Positions 10,338 to 20,173 of a stretch of 64,000 bases of DNA are shown piece by piece. The stretch is from Candidatus Poribacteria bacterium (GTDB lineage Bacteria; Poribacteria; WGA-4E; PCPOR2b), in the NCBI GenBank assembly GCA_965208675.1, contig OZ242351.1, forward strand, positions 4,064,001 through 4,128,000, read 5' to 3'. The translations under genes were made by a program, and so were the position numbers. How positions within the stretch are numbered: the first letter of the stretch is position 1; every line of letters begins with the position of its first letter. The notes beneath the pieces were generated by a model. That model was not told the origin of the DNA, did no database searches, and worked only from the letters and a program-made list of their open reading frames with translations.

Positions 10338-10798
10338 TAATTTCCCCTTTGAAACGGTGTTAACCCATAGTTGTCCGGATTCGCCTATGCCTGCACAAAC
10401 AATCCTACACCACATCAGAAATTGTATCAAATTGTTACGCTGACCGTCAATGAGTTTATCCGCTCAGCCCATCAACAGATAAATTGGCATTGGGCAATAA
10501 ACCAAATCCCAAGCTGCAATCAATCCTACAATTTTAAACATGGTTGCGCCGATGGTCCGTGGTTAGGCCATAGACTAAAATACGTGGATTCCCCATATTT
10601 GCAGGAGGCGATTTGCCCGAAAAGAGGTATTATTCCACACCCATTGCTTGTGATTGAAATTGATGAAGAATTTTCCATGCACTCAAGAAATTTAGCGCCG
10701 ACTTTGAGATTCACGTTGATAAAATTTCGTTGGCTTTTGTTCTGTAGATGTTGGCCAAGAAAGACTTAATGAATTTTATCACAGGGATTACTCTTCAT

Positions 10799-10828
10799 TT
10801 GCATCTCCTTTTGCTGCTGTGGTACACT
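10799..10828 (+). promoter_or_regulatory. Putative sigma-70 promoter of the DUF3179 gene
   Basis: TTGCAT-18 nt-TACACT, 55 nt upstream of the start codon. Confidence 0.45.
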
Positions 10829-10883
10829 TTGTACGAGGGAGATGTTCACCTTTTAGTTAACAAATTGGCAAAAAGGAAAAAAT

Positions 10884-11957
10884 GTGGTTAAACAATCCAT
10901 TATATTATCAGCCACCGTGATAGTTTTACTGTTTCGTAATGTGTCAGCTTCGGAGAAAATCGGTGCGCCTGCTGCGGACAATGGATTCTCTCAAGATCAC
11001 ATCATCACAGTATTGCCCTTCGATGCAATCCCTGCAATTAAGGATCCACAGTTTGTCTCTGCACGTGAGGCAAAATTGCGAGACGATTCACCGATGATTG
11101 GAGTCAGTTTCAACGGTGAAAGCCATGCCTACTCTATCTACCTGCTTAATGGGCACGAAATTGTCAACGATGTTGTTGGCAGTGTGAAAATAGCGGCCAC
11201 TTGGTGACCACTCTGTCGAACGGCTATCGTGTATAGCCGCGAACTCGCCGGGAAAACGTATACGTTCGGAGTTTCAGGCAAACTGCTTTACGATGCACTG
11301 CTGATGTATGACCATCAAACGCGCTCCCTTTGGTCACATATCACGGGGAAAGCAGTAACAGGGCAACTCAAAGGAAAACAGTTAACAATGTTGGCTTCAA
11401 TACCGCATATCACTTGGAAAGAGTGGCGATTAAACTATCCCAACACAAAGGTACTCTCTGTTCAGTTCGATTCCCGTCGTCCGGATCGGAAAATCGAGGA
11501 GCCGATGTTCGATAGTTATGCAAATTATCGTGTTGGCCCCAATGCAGGAATAAGTTCTACACAATATAACGATAACCGTTTACCGAATAAAGCGGTCGTT
11601 ATCGGTGTGCGAGTCAATGCACGTTACAGTGCCTATCCTCTTACCGCGTTTAAGAGGAGGTCCTTTATAAACGATGTCATTGGCGGTGTACCGGTCTTAG
11701 CATTTCACGACAATGTGTCCGAGGCGACCGCCGTGTACATGCGTACACTGGAGGGGAAGATTCTCACTTTTGAGCCGCGTGGCGGACATGTTGCCACAGA
11801 TACCGCGACTGGAACGCGCTGGAATTTGGTCACCGGCAAGGCGACCGAAGGAAAACTCAAGGGTAAAACTCTTGACCAGATTCCGGCGATGAATATCTAT
11901 TGGTTTGCATGGGCACGTTACCATCCTGAAACAACCGTCTATCAATTGTCGGATTAG
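10884..11957 (+). CDS. Exported DUF3179-family selenoprotein (WUPLC), ~357 aa
   Basis: ORFs 10884-11207 and 11229-11957 are in frame across TGA 11205-11207. Read-through gives HEIVND…ATW-U-PLCRTA (the family's CPLC site). FGVSGKL, YDHQTRSLWS, YWFAW…HP motifs; signal peptide. Confidence 0.9.
11216..11242 (+). promoter_or_regulatory. Putative bacterial SECIS hairpin
   Basis: Perfect 7-bp stem CGGCUAU/AUAGCCG with loop CGUGU, extendable by UCG/CGA. The loop starts 20 nt after the UGA. Confidence 0.7.
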
Positions 11958-12071
11958 TGTGCTGTACGAATAATCAAGAGTTTAGAATGTTTGGATGGAT
12001 TTGCCAACTCCGCCGAAATGATTCGAGAAAACACCAGTGTAAATTAAAAATCTGAAGGGTATTTGTTGAAA

Positions 12072-12731
12072 ATGTTGAAACGAGGAATCGATATTGGACC
12101 TCTCTGGCGTAAGCAGCATCAAGGGGAGAAAACGAGAAAACAAAATCCCGCCATCCCACCGCCTCGTATGCTTTTCCTCCTGATTACCTGTTGCATGCCC
12201 ATCACGGAAACCTCTGATGCGGAAATTTTTCTGACACGAGTGGATTGAAAAATTTTTATTTCAATCTGCGGCACCCCCTCCCGGCGCTAACCCATCGGTA
12301 CAGTTATGGAGAGAATTACCTACCTCGGCGATGCTAGAATGATGAAGGAATTTCGATTGTTCTCACGGTTTACGGCGATGAATTACATCGCTAGACAGGT
12401 AGGTTGATATCGTCAGCTTTCATTGGCACTGGCGTGGTAATTTTCCGAGTGAAGGAAATTGTTCGCCGTAAACGCCCACTAGATAATTGACTTGGCAATC
12501 CTGCCTTTGCATCGGCGCATAAGGCTTATGCATTTGCGGCGGCAACTGTTCGGAGCGATCGATATCCTAAACCCAAATTCCATTCTACATTGGTGCTGGA
12601 TTGGCAGGCCTTTCTCGCATTCATTTGGGAGTCATTATGCTTCGGATGTTTTTGGCGGTGCAGCCGTTGGGATAGTTGCGGGCGTGTGCATCATGCATCA
12701 TCGGGCGACTTTGTTAACGTGGGAGTTTTAA
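12072..12731 (+). pseudogene. Degraded PAP2 phosphatase
   Basis: The three PAP2 motifs lie in broken frames: K.IVRRKRP (~12452), PAFASAH (SGH-like), and HYASDVFGG. Several stops and frameshifts. The 5' boundary is approximate. Confidence 0.75.
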
Positions 12732-12757
12732 CCCAAAGCAGGTTTGTTGCCTTTCAA

Positions 12758-12786
12758 TTGACAACTGGCGGCAATTGTGTTAGATT
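12758..12786 (+). promoter_or_regulatory. Sigma-70 promoter upstream of ECF operon
   Basis: TTGACA-17 nt-TAGATT with a TGn extended -10. Confidence 0.6.
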
Positions 12787-12935
12787 GACCTCGCAAAGAT
12801 GAGGAGCATTATCATTAAAGACAGAACGAAAAGTCGTAAACCTCTACAAGTTGTAACACGTTTAGAGAAAATGCCCTTTTCCTAATTGCTTTCCTAACGG
12901 TATTTTCAATTTTTTGGCAAAATGATAAACGCCTT

Positions 12936-13517
12936 ATGGACACAATGGTTGAAGATGAAATATTGGTTGCACACTTTCAAGCTGGTGGGCAAGACGCATT
13001 CGATGAACTAATGAAGCGGTACAAGCACAAAATCTTCTCCTATCTACTCAGGTCTGTCAAGAATTTTGAAGATGCTGAAGAATTGACCATAGAGGTGTTT
13101 GTCAAGGTTTACCGTGCGCTTGACGACTGGCGGCCTCAAGCGCGCTTTTCTACTTGGCTTTATCGAATCGCCTATAACCAGTCAATCGATCATCACCGCT
13201 CAAAATCACGACGAATGACATACTCACTTGATGACGAAGAACTGCCGCTTGACGAGCCAGTGGCGAATGATTTGAGAAGCAATCCCGAATGGCAAGTTGA
13301 AGAAAAAGATCGGCATCGAATTATTCGTGACGCGGTAGATCAACTTTCGCCAAACCAGAAAGCGGTCTTTATGCTGAATCGATATGACGGTTTGCAACTC
13401 AACGAAATTGCGGAAGTGCTTGGAATAGCGGAAGGCACGGTAAAAATCCACCTCCATCGGGCGATGAAAAAGCTAAAAACCGCGCTAGAACCGTTGTGGG
13501 AAAAGAATGAAATTTAA
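12936..13517 (+). CDS. ECF RNA polymerase sigma factor
   Basis: DAEELTIEVF, FSTWLYRIAYN (region 2); EIAEVLGIAEGTVKIHLHRA (region 4). Confidence 0.93.
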   Translation: MDTMVEDEILVAHFQAGGQDAFDELMKRYKHKIFSYLLRSVKNFEDAEELTIEVFVKVYRALDDWRPQARFSTWLYRIAYNQSIDHHRSKSRRMTYSLDDEELPLDEPVANDLRSNPEWQVEEKDRHRIIRDAVDQLSPNQKAVFMLNRYDGLQLNEIAEVLGIAEGTVKIHLHRAMKKLKTALEPLWEKNEI

Positions 13518-13534
13518 TCTAAGGAGCTTGTTTA

Positions 13535-14155
13535 ATGACAACGTGTAAACAACTGAAGGAATTACACACCGACTATGTTTGTGACCTCCTCGACGATGAA
13601 CGAATGAATCTCATGGAGGAACATCTTCAGCATTGCCCTTCGTGCGGACACGCGGTCGACGCATTGAAAAATGTTCTGTGTTTGACTGGTGAAGCAGGTA
13701 CGATATCAATTCCGGAGCCTATCCTCAATAATCTTGAGGTAAAGGTATACAAACGGCTTGTGGTAGAATCATCGCAATCCACACCGGTATCTTTCTTTTC
13801 GCGGATCTTCGGCGTAATTCGTTCTACTTGGAATTGGCGAATCGCGGCCGCCTGCTGTATACTGATTTTAAGTGTCCCTGTCGCTAGCATAATCTATTAC
13901 CAAAGTCGATCGGTGGTTGCGCCCCTAAGTTCAAATGACATTCAATCCCCGCAAGAACGGGTCGAACAATATAAACAACAACAGCGTCAAGCTGACTTGA
14001 ATAATGCGCTGGAGACCGTGTATCTGAGAGACGACGATTGGGCTTCGGTAGGAGCGTTTCAAAAAATGAAAGAACAGGCGAAGGGCATTCTTTGGGAATC
14101 GTTCTCGGACGAACGACGTCATCCTAGAGGCCTAACGCCAAACGACGGCATTTAG
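13535..14155 (+). CDS. Zinc-binding (ZAS) transmembrane anti-sigma factor
   Basis: HLQHCPSC (HxxxCxxC), one TM helix, directly after the ECF gene. Confidence 0.85.
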   Translation: MTTCKQLKELHTDYVCDLLDDERMNLMEEHLQHCPSCGHAVDALKNVLCLTGEAGTISIPEPILNNLEVKVYKRLVVESSQSTPVSFFSRIFGVIRSTWNWRIAAACCILILSVPVASIIYYQSRSVVAPLSSNDIQSPQERVEQYKQQQRQADLNNALETVYLRDDDWASVGAFQKMKEQAKGILWESFSDERRHPRGLTPNDGI

Positions 14156-14183
14156 TAGGTAGATCTGGTGTTACTTACCTCTT

Positions 14184-16307
14184 TTGACGGTGCGTAAGTG
14201 GGCATCAGAATTTCGACATTTTCGTCTGTGCCCCTATCGGCTGCAATCAAACTACCGGGCATTATCAATGATTTTCTCAACCAAAATGGAATTGAGCGGA
14301 ATGAGTGGCACCGCAAATAAAGTGGGTCGCCGCGTTTTGAATTTCACGCACTATGCCTTACGCCTGAAGTTGCTGGTTTGCGCCGTTTTGGCGAGCATTA
14401 TCGTCCTGAGGCCGACTCAATCACACGCCAATACAATCGCTTCGCTAATTGAAGCGAAGGAATACGATGAAGCCGCTGCAGCGCTTCAAAATATCGCCGA
14501 ATCCACGAAAAACGTTGAAAAACTTGGCGACATTTTCTATCGATTGGGTGAGATTTATTACACTTATACTCATGAATATTTGAAAGCGCTAGAGGCTTAC
14601 GACAGGGTTGTTCAACTCAGCGAAAAAGGGCTGGACGATCAGTTGCTTAGCTACATTAAGAAAGGGGATGTGTATTGTCGCTTGGGTGAATACGAGGACG
14701 CAATTTCGACATATCAGATTGTTGTCAATCAATCAATGCCGAACAATTTTGCCCATCAAACCGCTTTACAGAAGATAAGAAACATTCGGTCGGCGCGTGA
14801 GGACTTACAAAATCAACGTCGCGTAATCAGTGCTTATGAGGGAACGCCTCTGGCTGTCGAAGCTCGGTTTCAAATTGCGGAACTGTATCGCAACCTATAT
14901 CAACTGAACCAGCCGGAAAAAGCGATTTCCGAGTATGAAACCCTTCTTAAGCGGCATGGCGACACAAAACTTTCTCCTGAAGCACAGTGGCGTATTGGAA
15001 AATTGCTAAAAGATGTACTGAATCAACCGGAAAAAGCAATTGAGGCGTATAATAAAGTGGTTGAAAACTATCCATCAAGCAACTTTGCGGCGGATGCTCT
15101 CTTTCGGACCGCGTTAATCCATAATGAACAAAAGCAGTATGAACACGCCGTGCAGGTTTTTGCACAACTTGAGATGAGGTATCCCGATTTTTGGAATATG
15201 CATGCCGTCTACTATTGGATGGGGGTTGGTTATGAAAATTTACAAAATTACCATCGTTCAATTCATGCATATAGAACCTTTCTGCTCGCTTACTTGCCGA
15301 ATTTGGATGCTGCCCACTTTGGAGCTATTGGCAAATACAATCAAAACGCCTTGAAAATCGAAGCAGAATTGAATGCGAAGATCCGGCAACTCGAATCCGA
15401 CCTACCCAAAATCGAGTGGGCTAAGATTGAGAAGTATCTTTCGGAGGGGAACTACATAGCCGCACTGCGCTTGGTTCGACAATTAATCGCCTATGCACCC
15501 GATGCGGAATACTTACAACGTGCCCAGTCGAAACTCCGGTCGATTCAGAAACAAGCAGCCATCCAACAATTGCGGATGCGGATGCGGGAGAATCCTGCGT
15601 CAGATACAGTTGCTCAGACTCTATTTCGAATTGGCAAAATCCACGAACGTGGACTACAAAACTACGATAAGGCAATCATCGCATATCGTCAGTTAATTGA
15701 TGAACATCCCGACTCGCCTTGGGCTGCTGAAGCTATGTACCGAAGCGGTTTAATTTATGCCAATCAGCTTGACGACCTTCAGAATGCAATCGGACACTAC
15801 ACAACCTTGATTCGTCAATACCAGACTTCGACACATACGATTATGGCAAATTTTCAGCTTGGAAAAATCTATCATTCGCTCAACCAATACGATAAAGCTT
15901 TGAAAGCTTATCAGACAACCATCGCTTTCCCCGAGCAAGACCGGTACCTTGCCAATGGCTATAAAGATAGTTTTGCTGATAGTGCTCAGTTTCGAATTGG
16001 ACGAGTGCATTACGAAGATGGACGTTATGATGACGCTGTCTCAGCATTCAACGAATTTATTGCGAGCCGATTGCATTCCCCCCGCCGTGCGGCTGCATAC
16101 GTTTATCTCGCGCGTATCAGCGAAGATCGTGGATTGCCTGGCGAGGCATTTGAAACCTATAAACAAGCGAGGAGCCTGATAATCGAGAATACAATCCAGG
16201 CGAAAATGGTAATTGACGAAGCCAATAATCTTGGATTTCAGGGATCGGATACAAAGGCTGTCATCAAACGTCTTGACAATCTCAGTAATCGGTTGGGTAG
16301 AAAGTAG
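14184..16307 (+). CDS. Multi-TPR protein, probably exported (start uncertain)
   Basis: Many repeats of type A.F.IG..Y…KAI..Y..L…YP.S; signal-like segment LLVCAVLASIIVL…SHA. Confidence 0.85.
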   Translation: MTVRKWASEFRHFRLCPYRLQSNYRALSMIFSTKMELSGMSGTANKVGRRVLNFTHYALRLKLLVCAVLASIIVLRPTQSHANTIASLIEAKEYDEAAAALQNIAESTKNVEKLGDIFYRLGEIYYTYTHEYLKALEAYDRVVQLSEKGLDDQLLSYIKKGDVYCRLGEYEDAISTYQIVVNQSMPNNFAHQTALQKIRNIRSAREDLQNQRRVISAYEGTPLAVEARFQIAELYRNLYQLNQPEKAISEYETLLKRHGDTKLSPEAQWRIGKLLKDVLNQPEKAIEAYNKVVENYPSSNFAADALFRTALIHNEQKQYEHAVQVFAQLEMRYPDFWNMHAVYYWMGVGYENLQNYHRSIHAYRTFLLAYLPNLDAAHFGAIGKYNQNALKIEAELNAKIRQLESDLPKIEWAKIEKYLSEGNYIAALRLVRQLIAYAPDAEYLQRAQSKLRSIQKQAAIQQLRMRMRENPASDTVAQTLFRIGKIHERGLQNYDKAIIAYRQLIDEHPDSPWAAEAMYRSGLIYANQLDDLQNAIGHYTTLIRQYQTSTHTIMANFQLGKIYHSLNQYDKALKAYQTTIAFPEQDRYLANGYKDSFADSAQFRIGRVHYEDGRYDDAVSAFNEFIASRLHSPRRAAAYVYLARISEDRGLPGEAFETYKQARSLIIENTIQAKMVIDEANNLGFQGSDTKAVIKRLDNLSNRLGRK

Positions 16308-16354
16308 GCGAGTACAATAATTTATTGTGATTTTAGTTCATACGAGGAGGTACG

Positions 16355-16723
16355 ATGCCATTAACAGTTATTCGAACAGCACGCCCAAGTCCTGTTTGGC
16401 AGGAAACTTATGTTAATGTAGAAAAAGGACAGCGTTTAGTCATTGATGCCGAAGGCGCATGGTCGCCAGATTTACGGGATCGTATCGGCTGGTGTGGTGC
16501 GGATGGGGTTGCAAATACCATCGCAGGAGAAGACTATCTGTGTCCCGGTTCCAACGTTGGCGCATTGATTGCGAAGATTGGTGACGTTGTTTTTACCGTT
16601 GGTTCGCGCTACGATAATGCCGCTCCGGCTGAAGGAGTAATTTTTCTGGCGATGAACGAGAGTCCGTCCCATAACAACCAAGCAGGTACGCTGCTTGCGC
16701 AACTTATCGTTTTTGACGAGTAA
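16355..16723 (+). CDS. LecA/PA-IL-like lectin-fold protein
   Basis: 122 aa. LCPGSNVGALIAKIG and GVIFLAMNE…N.AG.L resemble PA-IL LICHDAFCGALVMKIG and GAITLIYND…NNSGSF. GAGGAGG SD. Confidence 0.65.
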   Translation: MPLTVIRTARPSPVWQETYVNVEKGQRLVIDAEGAWSPDLRDRIGWCGADGVANTIAGEDYLCPGSNVGALIAKIGDVVFTVGSRYDNAAPAEGVIFLAMNESPSHNNQAGTLLAQLIVFDE

Positions 16724-16863
16724 AAATAAACTGCATCCAAGATTCGTTGGCAACCCTTAATCATGTCACTAGCGAAATTTCGATAAAAACAATTTCTTTC
16801 TCGCATTCTTAATTTGATAGCCTTAAAACGCTCAATAGCTGATGTAGATTAGAGAAGCCGCCG

Positions 16864-17691
16864 ATGCCTTTTTTCGATCACGATGGTCTGAATTTTAATT
16901 ACCGTGACATAGGCGAAGGGGTACCCTTCTTTTTCCAGCATGGACTCGGTGGTGATGTCAACCAACCTACTGGACTTTTCAAACCCCGTACAGGAGTCCG
17001 ATTGCTGTCTTTCGACTGTCGCGGACACGGAGAAACGCGTCCACTTGGCGCTGTGGAGAAAATCGGAATAGCTGTTTTTGCTGATGATTTAGCTGCACTC
17101 ATGGATAGTCTGAGCATATCTCGTGCTGTAATTGGCGGCATCTCGATGGGAGCTGCAGTCGCGCTCAACTTCACGCTATGGTATTCGAAGCGTGTGCTTG
17201 GCCTAATCCTATCTCGTCCGGCCTGGCTGATTGGTCCCATGCAGCGAAATGCAGAAATCTATTCGCATATCGCACAGTTGATTCGCCAACACGGCCAGGA
17301 GCGTGGTTTGGAACTCTTCAAGAAATCTGAATACTACATTGAAACACTGCGCGAATCGCCAGCCGCCGCCAATTCGCTGATAGGGCAGTTTGAAACATTA
17401 CGCGCGTCGGAAACTGTGGCGAGGCTTGAACGCATTTCAAGCGACGCACCGGTTTATGACCAGCGGGAATTAGCAGCTATCGCGGTTCCTACGCTGGTGC
17501 TCGCCAACCGACGGGATCCTATCCATCCCTTCGACTATGGTGAGGTTTTGGCGCGAGAGATTCCGAAAGCGGAGTTCAAGGAATTAACGTCGAAATCTGT
17601 AAGCCAGGAACGACACGAAGCAGAAATCCAGACATTTATAGAGTCGTTTTTGTGCGACCACTTTTGCCACGCAAGGAGCGCAACATGCTAA
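16864..17691 (+). CDS. Alpha/beta hydrolase
   Basis: HGLGG, DCRGHG, GISMG nucleophile elbow, RDPIHP. Confidence 0.9.
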   Translation: MPFFDHDGLNFNYRDIGEGVPFFFQHGLGGDVNQPTGLFKPRTGVRLLSFDCRGHGETRPLGAVEKIGIAVFADDLAALMDSLSISRAVIGGISMGAAVALNFTLWYSKRVLGLILSRPAWLIGPMQRNAEIYSHIAQLIRQHGQERGLELFKKSEYYIETLRESPAAANSLIGQFETLRASETVARLERISSDAPVYDQRELAAIAVPTLVLANRRDPIHPFDYGEVLAREIPKAEFKELTSKSVSQERHEAEIQTFIESFLCDHFCHARSATC

Positions 17692-18326
17692 AGTGTTCTA
17701 CATCTCTCTGGTCGGCCGATTTGGCAAATCTAGGGTCGGAGATTAAGCGAATTGAACCATTCTCGGAGCGTTTTCATCTAGATGTGGCTGACGGGCATTA
17801 TGTAAAAAACCTGCTGTTCTTCCCAGACATGGTCAAGGCTTTGCGGAAGCTTACCAGTCTACCGTTAGAAGTACATTTAATGGCCACTGACCCCATTGGA
17901 TGGATTGAGCCTTTCGTTGAAGCGGGTGCGGACAGCATAATTTTTTGTTTAGACGCTCCCAGCGATCCGGGCGAAGTGATTGAAGCTATTAAATCTTACG
18001 GTAAAGAGGCGGGGATATCGCTGCTCATCACAGAATCCGTCGATTTGCTTGAACCATATTGGGATGACTTAGACCTCGTCACTATTGTCGGCACAGCTAT
18101 GGGAATCAAAGGTGCCTCAATGGATGCCTCAATTCCAGGTAAGATTCGACGGTGCAGAGAAATCGCTGCTGGGTGTGGGGGAAAGATAGAAATTGAAGCC
18201 GACGGCGGGATTCGACGCGAGACAGTACCCTTGATTCATGCCGCTGGTGCGGACTATATCGTACCAGGTTCGCTTATGTTCGGTGGAGATCCGCACGAAA
18301 TGCGCCAATGGCTCGCTGCGCTGTGA
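17685..18326 (+). CDS. Ribulose-phosphate 3-epimerase family protein
   Basis: SLWSADL, HLDVADGHYV, EVHLM, IEADGGI. Start at ATG 17685 after AAGGAG. Confidence 0.88.
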   Translation: MLKCSTSLWSADLANLGSEIKRIEPFSERFHLDVADGHYVKNLLFFPDMVKALRKLTSLPLEVHLMATDPIGWIEPFVEAGADSIIFCLDAPSDPGEVIEAIKSYGKEAGISLLITESVDLLEPYWDDLDLVTIVGTAMGIKGASMDASIPGKIRRCREIAAGCGGKIEIEADGGIRRETVPLIHAAGADYIVPGSLMFGGDPHEMRQWLAAL

Positions 18327-18365
18327 AAAATGGACTTTGTTGTGATTCTGTTTTACTAGCTCAGA

Positions 18366-19871
18366 TTATTGAATTACCTCAATCTCAAGTTGATTCAACG
18401 TTCGCATAACCCCTTCACCGAATTCCATCATGGAGTTTGATTCTATTTGACCGCCTGAGAGTTGAATACGATTCGCATCGGCTTGAATCTGTCCGAGTGT
18501 CGGTTCCATCGCAACCCATTCACCCACATACACCTCTGGCCAGAAATGGTAGTAGAAGGCATCACGCTGGAATACAAGCCCCATACACGCTCTGGCTGGA
18601 ATGTCAACCGAACGCGCCAACGCGATTAGCAAAACTGTGTGCTCTGTGCAATCTCCTTCCAGTGATTCTAGGGTCTGTAACGCCGATCCAAATCCAATTC
18701 TGAGGTTCTTGTCGTAAATATTGGTGTGTACCCAGCGGCACAGTTTTTTAGATGCTTTCCAAGCATCAATTTCTCCATTTACAATCTCGATCGCCTTTGC
18801 TTTAAGTGTCGGCTGATTGGATTGAATGTATACCGTAGACTTTAGGAATTCTTCAAGATCTTGACTTGCATCGGCTTGAATCGGTAGGTTTAGCACTTTT
18901 GAAGGATTAACGGCAGACACTTCGATTTCCACGGTTCCGCTGCCCGGGTGTTCATCAAGGTGCAGTTTCTGACGGCCGTTTTTTACAATTACTTCGTCCA
19001 AATTTCCACCATTGAGTCGCAACTGCGCCTTAAAATATCGGGCATTTTGAATCGGCTGTATGCCCCGAGAGAAAATCTTCGTATTGATGATGACATCTAG
19101 TTCACCGTGTTTGCCGAGCGCTGTCTCCATGTCTACTTTCGATAAAACTATCTTCATTCCCGGTATGCCGGTTTCCATACGATACGTTGTACCGTCGAGT
19201 CCTAACCAGGCAGTCGCTCTAAAGCCGCCGAAAATGTCCATCAAGTAATCAATGACAATGGCGGGCTTAGATTCTCCTCCAAATTCGACCGTATCCCCCC
19301 GAACAACTTTGACTTGCGTCTCCACGGGTCGCATAAGTTCCGTATTGAACACAGACAATGTGTATTCATCTCCGACACTGATGCCGCGTTGAAGCATCAA
19401 ATAACCGAGCGTTTCCTCAAAAATAGTATCGGGCGGAATTAATTTCTGAGACTGCGTTGTTTCTCCAGCGAGAGTGGTTTTCAAGTAGATGCTGCCATCT
19501 TTAATTTCGCCTTCAACACGTTTTTCATGTCCGGATTCCTTTGATGTCGAAATGAAGTACCGCGGAACGAAATCCATACCTACATAGTGGATTTTTGTCG
19601 TTTCCAGCTGTAACCCGGTGCCGGAACGTTTAAACTCCATCATTACATCCATGCGAGTGCGGATGGCTTCCTCGCCCCGATACTGTGATTTTTCAGTGTA
19701 GATGTGAGCATATCCAATCTTTTCGCCCATCACGGTCAAGGTTAACCAATCCTCTTGAGGAAACTGTACCATTTTTTCTGGCTCCATCGGGTCAATCTTT
19801 ACGACTTTCCCTTCGCTAATTTGAACAAATAGAACAAGCAGAAAGCAATTGAGCAAAATAATTGGTCTCAT
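18366..19871 (-). CDS. Exported transglutaminase-like domain protein
   Basis: Signal peptide; GDCTEH…LARSVDIPAR…YHFWPEVY…WVAMEPT. Confidence 0.85.
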   Translation of the reverse strand: MRPIILLNCFLLVLFVQISEGKVVKIDPMEPEKMVQFPQEDWLTLTVMGEKIGYAHIYTEKSQYRGEEAIRTRMDVMMEFKRSGTGLQLETTKIHYVGMDFVPRYFISTSKESGHEKRVEGEIKDGSIYLKTTLAGETTQSQKLIPPDTIFEETLGYLMLQRGISVGDEYTLSVFNTELMRPVETQVKVVRGDTVEFGGESKPAIVIDYLMDIFGGFRATAWLGLDGTTYRMETGIPGMKIVLSKVDMETALGKHGELDVIINTKIFSRGIQPIQNARYFKAQLRLNGGNLDEVIVKNGRQKLHLDEHPGSGTVEIEVSAVNPSKVLNLPIQADASQDLEEFLKSTVYIQSNQPTLKAKAIEIVNGEIDAWKASKKLCRWVHTNIYDKNLRIGFGSALQTLESLEGDCTEHTVLLIALARSVDIPARACMGLVFQRDAFYYHFWPEVYVGEWVAMEPTLGQIQADANRIQLSGGQIESNSMMEFGEGVMRTLNQLEIEVIQ

Positions 19872-20173
19872 GCGCTACCAATCCTTTTTTCGGGTTTTAG
19901 AGTGCACGGGTGGCTTAGGCGTTAGCTAAAATGGGGGTCATTACCAAATTCCACCCATGTAAGCAAATTTTTCGAAGGGATCGGCGTTGAAAATTCTTCA
20001 ATTTCATTGAGCTGTAGAAAAGGACGCCCTCTGAAAGGAAAGTTCAACTACGATGAAGAACTACAAAGAATTGGGTATATTTAGAAAGTAAAAAAGTAAA
20101 GAAAACTACCAAATCACAGAAAAAGCGGATGGCTACTAAACGATTTCGGCTTGCCTCATGTTTTTTCCAACAT

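Noticed and set aside
10371-10769. ORFs 10371-10769 (+) and 10526-10714 (-) in a long intergenic gap
   Set aside because: No recognisable motifs or SD. Possibly decayed DNA, but nothing could be assigned.
11460-11490. GTTCGATTC T-loop-like motif (also near 62082)
   Set aside because: Lies inside well-supported CDSs; no cloverleaf could be built.
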